A stretch of 64,000 nt of DNA from an uncultured Lachnospiraceae bacterium (lineage in GTDB: Bacteria > Bacillota > Clostridia > Lachnospirales > Lachnospiraceae), in the NCBI GenBank assembly GCA_902793995.1, contig CADBFP010000002.1, forward strand, positions 100,639 to 164,638. Reading direction: 5' to 3'. The notes beneath the pieces were generated by a model. It was given only the letters and a program-made list of their open reading frames with translations. It ran no database searches and was not told the DNA's origin. Positions 25,604-34,754 of the stretch are shown one piece after another. Both the position numbers and the translations under genes were made by a program. Numbering within the stretch: the stretch's first letter is position 1; each line of letters starts with the position of its first letter.

Positions 25604-26702
25604 ACGCTGTATCTGCCAGCAGCCATAAAAGCTGCAGGATTTCCTCCTTCAAGGCCTCGTTCTTTAGCCCTGCCCGGAAAAAGCAAAGCTGGGGCCAGCC
25701 CGCCACCAGGGCAATCCAGGTATACAAACCCAGGGCCTCCTTCTCTTCTTCCGTCGCCTGGTACAGGGCCAGCATCCTTTCCCGCGTTTTCTTATAGTCC
25801 TGCAGGGTCATTTCCAGGCGTTTAGCCGCCCCCATGGGCTCCTTGACCTCCTCCTGGAATCCGCAGCCTAAATTGGCGAACTGGTTCACGATCACCTCCG
25901 TGCCCGCCAAATTAAAATCGATAAAACCGGCCATATGGCCATCCGACCCCACCAGAATATTGGAGAAGTTTTCATCCGCCTGGAACACACACTGGGGCAG
26001 ATTGCGGTATAGGGCCCGCAGCCGGCGCCGCACCGCCTCATGTCTGGCCAGAAGCCGCCCCGCCAGTTCCTCTTCTCCCAGTTCCTGCAAGCTTTCCATC
26101 AGGGTGTTAAAGTTCTGCTGCTTCTCGTCTATCCCGACTTCCCTATCGAAAGGGGAAAGCTCAAATAGGCTGTACATGCCCCGGGTTTCCGAAAGATCCA
26201 CGTTTTTATAGCGTTCCGCAAAGCGGGCCACGCTGTCCAGCACCTCCTGCCAGAGGGCGTCCCCGTTGATTTGTTCTGGATTCTGCTGCAGCAAATCATA
26301 AGCCAGGGGAAGATCTACATATTCCGCCAGATAAACAGACAAGGGGCCGAAGCTGTGCAGAAAACGCCCCGCCCCATCCGGCAAAAAAGCCGGCGCACGA
26401 AGGCCGAAGGCCCGGTAGCGTCCAATCAGCCGGTTCAGCTCCGCCAGACGGCGCTCCGTCAGATCCGGTCCGTTGGAAATCCGCAGCACAAAGCGGTGAT
26501 CGATTAAATAATTCAGCCGGATATCCGCAGCATCATGGGAAGTATCCATCAGCTTAATCTGCTCTCCCGGCGCCTCAAAGCCATAGGCCTTCAGCATGGC
26601 AAGAAGCTCCTCTCTGCCGGGAGGCATCAGATCCGCCGGAAAATACGCCCCAGGCGTCAGATCCTCCGGCAAAAGTTCCTTGTTCGTCCGTTCTTCGCTC
26701 AT
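25593..26702 (-). CDS. phosphotransferase enzyme family protein (APH/choline-kinase fold)
   Basis: 369 aa. FQADENFSNILVGSDGHMAGFIDFNLAG resembles the catalytic-loop plus DFG-like segment of APH-fold kinases, with Q in place of the usual H. Confidence 0.6.
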   Translation of the reverse strand: MSEERTNKELLPEDLTPGAYFPADLMPPGREELLAMLKAYGFEAPGEQIKLMDTSHDAADIRLNYLIDHRFVLRISNGPDLTERRLAELNRLIGRYRAFGLRAPAFLPDGAGRFLHSFGPLSVYLAEYVDLPLAYDLLQQNPEQINGDALWQEVLDSVARFAERYKNVDLSETRGMYSLFELSPFDREVGIDEKQQNFNTLMESLQELGEEELAGRLLARHEAVRRRLRALYRNLPQCVFQADENFSNILVGSDGHMAGFIDFNLAGTEVIVNQFANLGCGFQEEVKEPMGAAKRLEMTLQDYKKTRERMLALYQATEEEKEALGLYTWIALVAGWPQLCFFRAGLKNEALKEEILQLLWLLADTAYEG

Positions 26703-26717
26703 CCTCTCTCCTTCCTC

Positions 26718-27347
26718 TTATCCGAAAATCTGTCCCGGCAATTTCAATTTTTCCTTCGGCGGAAAATCCTTATCAAAGGCCTCCACCTCTTCATCCTTAA
26801 CATAATATCCCTGAGGTGTCTGGTAAATCCCCGTGACATCCCCCAGATAACCCGGAATCAGTTCCCTGCAGAGGAAGAAGGAGGCGTCCGCATCTGCCGG
26901 CAGATCATGATAGCGGATACCGAATTATCCGGCATAATCAAAGCCGCTTTTGCCGTAAAAGCCAATATTGCCCTCAAAGAGCACCGCGCCGAAGCCCAGC
27001 GCCGCCGCTTTTTCCAGGGAATAATCCAGCAAAGCCTTGCCGTAGCCCCGGCGTTTAAGCTCCGGCAAAATACCGATGGGGCCCATGGTCAAAACATCTA
27101 TAATCCGGCCGTCATCCGCCTGGATAATGGTCTTCATAAACATGTTCTGCCCTATGAGCCGCCCCTCCTGCTCCATGACAAAATCCAGCTCTTTCACAAA
27201 AGCAGGATCCTCCCGCAGCACATGGATCACATAATGCTCGCTGCATCCCGGCCGGTAAACATTCCAAAAGGACTCGCGAACCAGGTGCTCAACGGCCCTG
27301 TAATCCTCCTCCCGTTCCAAACGGATGGTATAATTGCGTTGTTTCAT
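26718..27347 (-). pseudogene. GNAT N-acetyltransferase (YhbS-like) interrupted by one in-frame TAA
   Basis: The ORF-track product ends ...FYGKSGFDYAG at TAA 26927-26925. The same frame continues for 68 codons (FGIRYHDLPADADASFFLCRELIPGYLGDVTGIYQTPQGYYVKDEEVEAFDKDFPPKEKLKLPGQIFG*) down to the SD of the next gene. Confidence 0.75.
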
Positions 27348-27380
27348 TCTGCATCCTCCAAGAATCTATCTGAAGTGTCA

Positions 27381-28649
27381 CTAGGGACGGTTCCTGCTGT
27401 CATTTTTAGACAGAAACGACGGCAATCCCCGGCCTTCTTTGAGGCGCTGTCGGAGTTCCGCCGTGGCGGTAAACACCACATCACTGGAGGAATTCAGGGC
27501 CGTTTCCACAGAGTCCTGCACCACGCCTACAATAAAGCCCACCGCTACCACCTGCATGGCAGCGCTGTTGGAAATGCCGAACAGGCTACAAGCCATGGGG
27601 ATCAGCAGCAGAGATCCGCCGGCTATGCCGGAGGCGCCGCAGGCAGCCAGGGCAGACAAAAAGGCCAGCAGAAAGGCGGAACCCAGGTCCACGGAGATTC
27701 CCAGGGTGTGGGCTGCCGCCAGCGTCATCACCGTTATGGTAATGGCGGCGCCGTCCATATTGATGGTGGCCCCCAGGGGGATGGAAACCGAATACATATC
27801 TTTATCCAGTCCCAGTTCCTCGCAAAGAGCCATATTCACCGGGATATTGGCGGCGGAGCTGCGGGTAAACAGAGCCGTAACAGCAGAGGATTTAAGGCAG
27901 CGGAATATCAAAGGAAAAGGGTTTTTCCGCAACATCAAATAGACAATCAGGGGATTCACCGCCAGTGCCATCACCAGCATGGATCCCACCAATAGGAGAA
28001 GCAAACCACCGTAGTCCGTAAAAACCGTGAGCCCATGGGAAGACACATTGGAAAAGACCAGGCCCAGAATCCCAAAAGGCGCCAAATTGATGATCCACCG
28101 CACGATTTGAGAAACCCCCTCCGATATCTGCGCCAGAAAGTCCTTGGCGGCGCTGACGGCCATGGTTTTCATGGCCAGGCCGAAAAGGACGGCCCAAAAG
28201 AGGATGCTAATGTAATTGCCGCCGGAAATGGCCGAAATCGGATTCATCACCAGATTGCGCAGAATCGTGGCGAAAACCTCCATAACACCCGATGGCGCGG
28301 AGACAGGACTGGCATCCCCTTCCAGTTTCAGGCTGATCGGAAACAGGAAACTGACCGCCACGGCCACCAAAGCCGCCAGCAGCGTGCTGAACAAATAAAG
28401 AAAAATCACAGTGCCGAAGCGCTTATCCAGCTTGGTTCCGTCCTTGCAAAGAGAAGCGGTCACCAAAACAAAGACCAAAACCGGTGCAATGGCCTGAAGC
28501 GCATTGACAAACAACTCCCCGAAAATGCCGATCCAGGTACAGCCGGGGGCCAGCAGGCCCAGCCCTACCCCCGCCAGAAGGCCGATCAGGATGCGCAGCA
28601 CCAGACTTGCAGAACTGTAAACCTTAACAACTGTCTTCAGAATTTTCAT
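27381..28649 (-). CDS. sstT: serine/threonine transporter (dicarboxylate/amino acid:cation symporter family)
   Basis: 422-aa polytopic protein. The N-terminus LVLRILIGLLAGVGLGLL and the SSAANIPV / INMDGAAI segments are typical of SstT/DAACS. Confidence 0.8.
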   Translation of the reverse strand: MKILKTVVKVYSSASLVLRILIGLLAGVGLGLLAPGCTWIGIFGELFVNALQAIAPVLVFVLVTASLCKDGTKLDKRFGTVIFLYLFSTLLAALVAVAVSFLFPISLKLEGDASPVSAPSGVMEVFATILRNLVMNPISAISGGNYISILFWAVLFGLAMKTMAVSAAKDFLAQISEGVSQIVRWIINLAPFGILGLVFSNVSSHGLTVFTDYGGLLLLLVGSMLVMALAVNPLIVYLMLRKNPFPLIFRCLKSSAVTALFTRSSAANIPVNMALCEELGLDKDMYSVSIPLGATINMDGAAITITVMTLAAAHTLGISVDLGSAFLLAFLSALAACGASGIAGGSLLLIPMACSLFGISNSAAMQVVAVGFIVGVVQDSVETALNSSSDVVFTATAELRQRLKEGRGLPSFLSKNDSRNRP

Positions 28650-28662
28650 CTTACACCTTCCA

Positions 28663-28699
28663 AAAGTGCACCAAAGGGACAGGTCCCTTGGTGCACTTT
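28663..28699. repeat. conserved GC-rich palindrome (AAGTGCACCAAGGGAC...GTCCCTTGGTGCACTT family), copy 1
   Basis: Sits between the FtsX permease stop (28698) and the sstT SD/ATG (28649). Related copies are at 60519-60550 and 63457-63489. Confidence 0.7.
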
Positions 28700-31331
28700 A
28701 CGCAATATCCGTTAATTTCAGCTGTTTCACCTTCCGGAGCGCAATGACATGAATCACCAGGGCGAAGGCGCCTGTCAAAAGCGCCGCATAAATCCAGGCG
28801 GGCAGGTTGATGCTTCTGACCAAGCCGAACTGCACCTGCTCCAGAAGCCTCACAATGGAATAGCCCAGGGCCGAACCCAGCAGCAGCCCCAGAACAATGC
28901 CCAGGCAGGTGGTCAAAACGCCTTCTCCGGCTACATAGCGGATCACATCCTTCGTGGTGAAGCCGTTTACCCGCATGATAGTCAGCTCCTTCTTTTTCTG
29001 ATTCAGGTGCATATTGATCAGGTTTAGCAGGACGAAAAAGGCCATCATCCCCGCCGCCTGAATCAAAAGAAATGTGATGGATTGCAAAGACGCTGTGGAT
29101 TCCATATATCTGCTTCGGGTATCGGCCGTATTTTCCACCGACTCAAAGCCCTGGATCTGCGATATTTCGCACCTTAGCGCCTCTTCCTCATACGCGCCCC
29201 TGGTCCAGAAAGCATTGAAGGCCGCATCCGTCCCGAAAAGCGCTCGATAAGCTTCCCGAGAGATAATCATACTCTTGCCCAAATAATACTCAAAAACCCC
29301 CGCCACCTTCGTCTCATAGGGTTCCATATTGCCATTATAAATGGTGAAGCTATCTCCCGGGGCCAGGCCATAGACCTCCGAGATCCTGCGGGTAATAAGG
29401 ATCCCCTCCCCAGGCGGACTGATCACTTCTCCGGTTTTAGGATCACTCAAATGGAGAAAGGCATCCGTTCTGTCTGCTTCCACCACAATCAGTTCCGCCG
29501 CTGTCAGCCCCTCGGGGGAAGAGAGGGTTTGATAGCGGGAGCTGATCTTCATATAATCGATGCCCGCCCTTTGAAGGGCATTTTCGATTTCTTGCTCTGC
29601 CGATGCAAAGCTATCCGTATCATAGGAGATTTTCTCTTTGTTCAGGATAATACGGCTGAACTGGCGGTCTACTGCGTCTACAATACTGTTTTTTAAGGTG
29701 AATCCGATCACCAGAAGAATGCAGCAGCCGGCCACGGAAGCCATGGTAATCAGGACCCGTTTCCAATCTGTCAGCATATTTCTCACAATCAGACGGGAAT
29801 AAAGTGAGCGCTCGCTTCGCTTTGTTTCCGCCTTTTTTCTGCCCTTGGGCACCGGCGCCTGCATTAAATCCCTGGCGGCTTCTCTTAACAGATGGGAACA
29901 GGCCCAAAACACCGCCAGCCCGGCCAGGACGATACCCAAAACCAGGATGATACCTGCCCTGTCCCAGCGGATTACACGGGGCAGCTTTTTCATCACATAA
30001 AAAGGTTCATTGGCCGCCAAAACCGTAGTTTGGACCATCCAATACCCCGCCGCAACCCCTGCTATAATCCCTATGCAGGTAGCCGCTGCGCCAAAGGCAA
30101 GATGCTTCTGAAATACCTCCCGGCTGAAGAAACCCAAGGCCTTCTGGGTTCCCACCTGGCTTCGTTGTTCATCGATAATCCTTCCTACCGTTGCATAAAT
30201 CACCAAGGCCCCCAGGAGAATAAACAGGGCGGCAAAGGTCTTCCCCAGATTGCCTATGCTGACGGCGGAATCCTCTGCGGTGACAAAGCTGGCATTTCCC
30301 TGGGTGTCCACACACACAAAACGGCAAGGGGCCATAGCCGCCAGTTCCTTCTCCGCCTTTAAGAGCGCTCCCCGGCCTTCTTCCAGCTTTTCCGCATTTT
30401 CAGCCAGCCCGGCCTTAAGGGCATCCAGCACGGGGTTGGCTATCACCCGGAAGGGGCCAAGGCTATCCAGCCCTTTTGCCATTTTTACAAGGGCCGCTCT
30501 TCCTTCCCGCAGCTGCCCTTCAGCTTCCGCCAGCTGTTTTTTGGATGCCGTCAGGCTCTGGGCCGCCGTATTCCGGATGGCCGCTTCTCTTTTAATCTCT
30601 CTTTCCTTGCTCCAGGTCTCTATCTTCTTCATGGCGGCGGCCGCCAGGTTTTTGTATTCTTCGGAAAAGTAAGAAAGCCCCTCCGGCTTACCTATTTTCA
30701 CCAGCGCCTTCATATAGCTGTTTCCAAAGGCTTCTTTGTCGAAGGCCCCGGGACTCACTATGATGTAGCGGTTTCCGGGGGACTGGCTTTTCAGGGTGTA
30801 TAAATCCGCATGGTACACGATTCCCGTGATCAGAAATTCGCTTTCCTTCAGGTACGCCGGCGGCTTACCCTGGGCATCGCTCACCCGGAGCCTTTCCCCC
30901 ACCTGCCCGCCTATGATGGCGGCCAGATCGCTCTCCAATACGCATTCCCTTTCATTTTCCGGGAGTCTGCCTTCCACCAGCTCCGGGGTATTAATCCGCT
31001 CTGTTAAAGAAACCACGCTTACATTTTCATGCCCCGGCTGCTTTGAGACCTTGGCATTAACCATGTAAATGCCTTCCGCATCCGCTACTTCCGTCATTTC
31101 CGGCAGGCTCTGCAGATCCTCCTCCCCCAGCAGCATGGTGGAGGATATTTCCAAATCTCTGAAATGGGTTTTCCGGTAGAAGTTATCGGCATTTTGCCGC
31201 ATGGCCTCCGAAGTGAAATTGATTCCCAGATAGGAAGCCACTGCCAAAAGGGCAATAATGGCAATGGAAATAAAGGAAATCTTTTCCTTCCGGATATTTC
31301 TTATGCTGTCTTTCCACTGCGTTTTCTTCAT
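28698..31331 (-). CDS. ABC transporter permease, FtsX/MacB type with two FtsX domains
   Basis: Start set at MKKTQWKDSIRNIRKEKISFISIAIIALLAV (ATG 31331). Large extracytoplasmic domains, a coiled-coil insert, and two 4-TM FtsX modules. No ATPase gene is adjacent. Confidence 0.8.
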   Translation of the reverse strand: MKKTQWKDSIRNIRKEKISFISIAIIALLAVASYLGINFTSEAMRQNADNFYRKTHFRDLEISSTMLLGEEDLQSLPEMTEVADAEGIYMVNAKVSKQPGHENVSVVSLTERINTPELVEGRLPENERECVLESDLAAIIGGQVGERLRVSDAQGKPPAYLKESEFLITGIVYHADLYTLKSQSPGNRYIIVSPGAFDKEAFGNSYMKALVKIGKPEGLSYFSEEYKNLAAAAMKKIETWSKEREIKREAAIRNTAAQSLTASKKQLAEAEGQLREGRAALVKMAKGLDSLGPFRVIANPVLDALKAGLAENAEKLEEGRGALLKAEKELAAMAPCRFVCVDTQGNASFVTAEDSAVSIGNLGKTFAALFILLGALVIYATVGRIIDEQRSQVGTQKALGFFSREVFQKHLAFGAAATCIGIIAGVAAGYWMVQTTVLAANEPFYVMKKLPRVIRWDRAGIILVLGIVLAGLAVFWACSHLLREAARDLMQAPVPKGRKKAETKRSERSLYSRLIVRNMLTDWKRVLITMASVAGCCILLVIGFTLKNSIVDAVDRQFSRIILNKEKISYDTDSFASAEQEIENALQRAGIDYMKISSRYQTLSSPEGLTAAELIVVEADRTDAFLHLSDPKTGEVISPPGEGILITRRISEVYGLAPGDSFTIYNGNMEPYETKVAGVFEYYLGKSMIISREAYRALFGTDAAFNAFWTRGAYEEEALRCEISQIQGFESVENTADTRSRYMESTASLQSITFLLIQAAGMMAFFVLLNLINMHLNQKKKELTIMRVNGFTTKDVIRYVAGEGVLTTCLGIVLGLLLGSALGYSIVRLLEQVQFGLVRSINLPAWIYAALLTGAFALVIHVIALRKVKQLKLTDIA

Positions 31332-31479
31332 GTTTGCCGCTTTTTGATCCGCCTTCCTCTCTATGGCTTTTGAATGATTATAGCATACATTTTCGTAAAT
31401 GAATGTATTCTTATATACTTTTCCGGTTTTTATCACTTGCCATAAACAATTTGTTGATATTAAAACAATTAATTGATTC

Positions 31480-31508
31480 TTGATTCCGCATTTACGGTGC
31501 ATTACAAT
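31480..31508 (+). promoter_or_regulatory. promoter of the XRE-TPR regulator
   Basis: TTGATT (31480-31485), 17 nt, TACAAT (31503-31508). Confidence 0.5.
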
Positions 31509-31549
31509 GAACTCACCGCGGTTAATGAATTGAAAAAAGGAGTTCTACT

Positions 31550-32713
31550 ATGATTCAATTAGGAATAAGAATCAAAGAATTGCGCCTTAAGGAAGGCCGA
31601 ACCCAGGAGGCCCTTGCCTTGGCCCTGGGCATAACGGCCCAGGCCGTTTCCCGCTGGGAAAAGGCAATCTGCTATCCGGATATGGAGATGATTCCCTCCC
31701 TTGCCAATTATTTCGGCGTGTCCATTGACGAACTCTTTGGCTATGACAACGAACGGTCCAAAAAAGTGGATGCACTGGAGGAAAAGATCCAGGACATGAT
31801 CCGTCAGAACAACGGAAAGGATGTCAGCATGGATGCCTGTATTACCCTGGCCAGGGAAGCACTGATCGAGTTTCCGGGAAATGACAAGCTGACTTATGCC
31901 CTGGCCGGCGCCCTGTACAATGCAGGCTATGTGCGGCACGGCGAGCATCATTTGGTGGATGCGGAGGGGTATGGGGTGTATGATATCGAAAGGCACCGGA
32001 AGTACCCGGAATGGCAGGAAGCCATCAAGCTGTATGAAAGGCTTTTGCAGGAACTTCCCGCCGGGGAGCACCGTCTCAAGGCCGTAACGGAATTGTCCCA
32101 GCTGTACAAAAACACAGGGGAAAGGGAGAAGGCCCTGCTGCTGGCGGAGGCTGCGCCGGCACTCAGCGGATCCAAACCCTTCCTGCGGATCAAGGCCTTT
32201 GACGGCAAAGCCGCCGTGGCCGCCCAGGGAGAGGCGCTGCTGGAAGCCCTTCTGCAAGCCGCCGACTTAATCATTCATATCATATTGGATGATACCACCA
32301 TCCCGCCCCTTCAGGCGGCGGAGATGCTGCAAAATACAGAGGGACTCTTTGCCCTCATTTGCCCCGATCACAACTACGGAAGAAACCTGGGCCTCCTCGC
32401 CTGCCTCCAGATGCTTCGCTCCTATTATCTCTGGATAGCGGAGGAAAAGGAAGAATCCTTCCTGGCCCTGGACAAAGCACTTCAGTATGCAAGAGAGCTG
32501 GATGCGCTGCCTGAAAAGGGCGCTGCCTACTATACCTCTCCCCTGCTTCGCCTGGTGCCCCTTCAGGCGGAAAAAGTACCGGCGGACAGCGCCTTCCGCA
32601 AGGAGCTGCCGGAGCTTTGGCCCTGGTGGGATGTGCCGAAGGGGGAAGAAGTTAAGGCAGAAATGCAGGCGGATATCCGCTGGGCAAAGTGGGTGCAGAA
32701 AACGCAGGAATAA
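31550..32713 (+). CDS. XRE-family HTH regulator with C-terminal TPR-like domain (RRNPP-like architecture)
   Basis: N-terminal IKELRLKEGRTQEALALALGITAQAVSRWEK, then ~300 aa of helical-repeat sequence (WQEAIKLYERLLQELP...LSQLYKNTGEREKALLLAE). Confidence 0.7.
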   Translation: MIQLGIRIKELRLKEGRTQEALALALGITAQAVSRWEKAICYPDMEMIPSLANYFGVSIDELFGYDNERSKKVDALEEKIQDMIRQNNGKDVSMDACITLAREALIEFPGNDKLTYALAGALYNAGYVRHGEHHLVDAEGYGVYDIERHRKYPEWQEAIKLYERLLQELPAGEHRLKAVTELSQLYKNTGEREKALLLAEAAPALSGSKPFLRIKAFDGKAAVAAQGEALLEALLQAADLIIHIILDDTTIPPLQAAEMLQNTEGLFALICPDHNYGRNLGLLACLQMLRSYYLWIAEEKEESFLALDKALQYARELDALPEKGAAYYTSPLLRLVPLQAEKVPADSAFRKELPELWPWWDVPKGEEVKAEMQADIRWAKWVQKTQE

Positions 32714-32721
32714 TGTAATCT

Positions 32722-32807
32722 TGTCATCCTGAGGCCTTTAGGCCGAAGGATCCCACCACAATCATAAGTCATGGGATTCTTCGTCCCTTCGGTCCTCAGA
32801 ATGACAC
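32722..32807. repeat. second full copy of the ~90-bp palindromic element
   Basis: tgtcatcctgaggcctttaggccgaaggatccc...gggattcttcgtcccttcggtcctcagaatgacac. Confidence 0.75.
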
Positions 32808-32839
32808 ATTGGTGACAGAGGGGGTAACAGAAATCTGCT

Positions 32840-33604
32840 CTACCGTTTCTTGTAAAGCACCAGCTCCGGATTGGCTCCGCCGCCCTCGTAGGTGCATACC
32901 AAAATAAAATCCATGCAGGCCAAGACGCCGAAGCACCGGTCTCCGCCGAACTCCGATTCCAGCTGATTGCCCAGATAGGTGGTTCTATCGTCCAGAAACC
33001 TGGCCGTCCCTCCGCCGGGGAGGGGATATTCCAGATTCACATAGGAGCCCGCCAGGGCATTCAGGCTTTCCACCCGGGGCATGCCTTCTATCTGCAGCTG
33101 ATTGATTTCCTCCATCAGCTGCTTTTTAAATGCCTCAAACTGCCCGTTGTCGCTTAGCTCCTCATACCGCTTCCAATAATCCAGCTTCGGCAGCATTTCT
33201 TTCATATGGCTGCGGGCCTGCTCTTCGGTAAAGCCCTGGCTCAGCATGTGGGGAAGGCACACCTCAATCAGATTATCCATGTCGCTGTAGGTATAGGTCC
33301 CGTCGGCAAAACACCACTGGCAATAATCCTCATTCAGGCTGCCGTCCTGATTTTTCCCGATGATTTCATCTTCCAGAGGCATGCCGCAGCACTGGCAAAT
33401 GAGGGTCCGGGGCGAGCCCAGCAGGGTATTGATGGATACCTGATACAGATCGGACAGTAATTTCAGGGTTTCCGTGCCCGGCACCGTTTTGCCGCTTTCC
33501 CAATGGGACACCGCCTGGCGGGTCACAAATACCTTCTCCGCCAGCTCCTCCTGGGAGAAACCATGTTTTTTCCGCAATTCACACAGTACATCTTTGGTCG
33601 TCAT
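32840..33604 (-). CDS. XRE-family HTH protein with zinc-ribbon domain
   Basis: LRKKHGFSQEELAEKVFVTRQAVSHWESGK, then CQCCGMPL...YCQWCF (four-Cys ribbon). Confidence 0.75.
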   Translation of the reverse strand: MTTKDVLCELRKKHGFSQEELAEKVFVTRQAVSHWESGKTVPGTETLKLLSDLYQVSINTLLGSPRTLICQCCGMPLEDEIIGKNQDGSLNEDYCQWCFADGTYTYSDMDNLIEVCLPHMLSQGFTEEQARSHMKEMLPKLDYWKRYEELSDNGQFEAFKKQLMEEINQLQIEGMPRVESLNALAGSYVNLEYPLPGGGTARFLDDRTTYLGNQLESEFGGDRCFGVLACMDFILVCTYEGGGANPELVLYKKR

Positions 33605-33732
33605 ACTGCCACCTCCTTTTTTCCTATTCTACCCCGGATTGGGTCCCGCCGCACGCAATTCCTGCTTGCGTTTTTTATCAGAGGGGAGTATTTGGCTTCC
33701 GTACTACGCTTCGGCGAACTCACCCTTCGGGA

Positions 33733-33755
33733 GGGCGATTGAGAATCGCCCCTAC
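33733..33755 (+). repeat. REP-like unit (palindrome followed by CCCTAC)
   Basis: gggcgattgagaatcgcccctac, one mismatch from the 311 and 60746 copies. Confidence 0.7.
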
Positions 33756-33767
33756 TGACACAATGGC

Positions 33768-34520
33768 TTATGGGCGGTATGCTCTGATAATTTCAAGAAT
33801 ATCCGTTTTATATACATTTCCGTTCAGGACATCACCATTTGCGTCAAAGGATATTGTTTTGATATCCTCCGGATTTTCCTCATAAGGAGAAATCGGCGCG
33901 GTACTATCATCAAAGTATTCCTGAAGGTATTTGAGGGCATTGCCTTTCGGGAAAACCACATTTCCCTGATTCAGCGGAATATTCAATCGGTCGAAGGCCC
34001 GGATGATTTCTTTTGTTTTCTCGTTATACGGGTTTTGATCTTCGGCGCTTACCAGCCATGCAGGCTGTAATTTGATGGGGATGCCGGAATGAGTGGCACA
34101 TTCAGCAAAAACCATAACTGTATCAAGAGGAATGGTTTCCTGGTGAAAGGCGTCCACGGACAACAACAGGTTGTTCACGCCGCTGTTGGCTAAATGCGAG
34201 ACGACAGCCTTGATTCTGTCTTTATCCCTTGAGAAAAACCCGTTTGTAATAATCTGCCTTTTGGCGACACCGAGATTTGCCGCTGTTTTGTGGATCATGC
34301 AAACAGTCTCCGGGTAAAGCAGCGGTTCTCCGCCGAAAGTCATGACAGTCGAAATATCGTAATGTGAGCAGATTTTCTCTATCGCTTTTGCAGCTGCTTC
34401 CCCGTTTATATGTTCCGCACAGCCATCATGGTCGCCTTCCGAGCAGTGTTTGCATTTGCCCGTGCACGCCATCGTCACCACAAATTCGATTTTCTTCAAG
34501 TTTCTTATGTATTGATTCAT
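33768..34520 (-). CDS. radical SAM protein
   Basis: CTGKCKHC (CX3CX2C) near the N-terminus, and GGEPLL. Start set at ATG 34520 (MNQYIRNLKK) with GGAGA SD. Confidence 0.8.
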   Translation of the reverse strand: MNQYIRNLKKIEFVVTMACTGKCKHCSEGDHDGCAEHINGEAAAKAIEKICSHYDISTVMTFGGEPLLYPETVCMIHKTAANLGVAKRQIITNGFFSRDKDRIKAVVSHLANSGVNNLLLSVDAFHQETIPLDTVMVFAECATHSGIPIKLQPAWLVSAEDQNPYNEKTKEIIRAFDRLNIPLNQGNVVFPKGNALKYLQEYFDDSTAPISPYEENPEDIKTISFDANGDVLNGNVYKTDILEIIRAYRP

Positions 34521-34577
34521 TATATGCTTTTCTCCAAGACCTGCGGCATACCCTTTTCTGCGTGATAAACTTGCCAT

Positions 34578-34754
34578 TTATTGCCCTGCCTGCGGAAGCA
34601 GTTTGATATCCAATTCCTCCAAAACAGTCAGCTGCTGAACAACTAAGGCTCGAATATCCGTCATGGAAATATACTCGTTTTAAAAGTCTTCTGTGTATAT
34701 TCCAATCTCTAAACCTTTGGCATAGATTGTATCTTTCTTTGTTGTTTTAGCCAT
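34578..34754 (-). pseudogene. KilA-N-like N-terminal gene fragment with in-frame TAA
   Basis: My translation is MAKTTKKDTIYAKGLEIGIYTEDF*NEYISMTDIRAL... The pattern (G.EI......DYISLTDIAR) is recalled from KilA-N proteins. The sequence diverges afterwards and stops at 34578. Confidence 0.4.

Noticed and set aside
31374-31445. 23-aa hydrophobic ORF (MIIAYIFVNECILIYFSGFYHLP) upstream of the XRE-TPR regulator as a candidate signalling propeptide
   Set aside because: It has no SD. It lies in the AT-rich divergent promoter spacer, where such ORFs arise by chance, and it overlaps the likely permease promoter region. It is worth a conservation check only.
33647-33672. Plus-strand hairpin followed by a T-run (acgcaattcctgcttgcgtttttt) as a terminator
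   Set aside because: No plus-strand gene lies upstream for it to terminate. It may block antisense transcription, but I cannot support a specific call.
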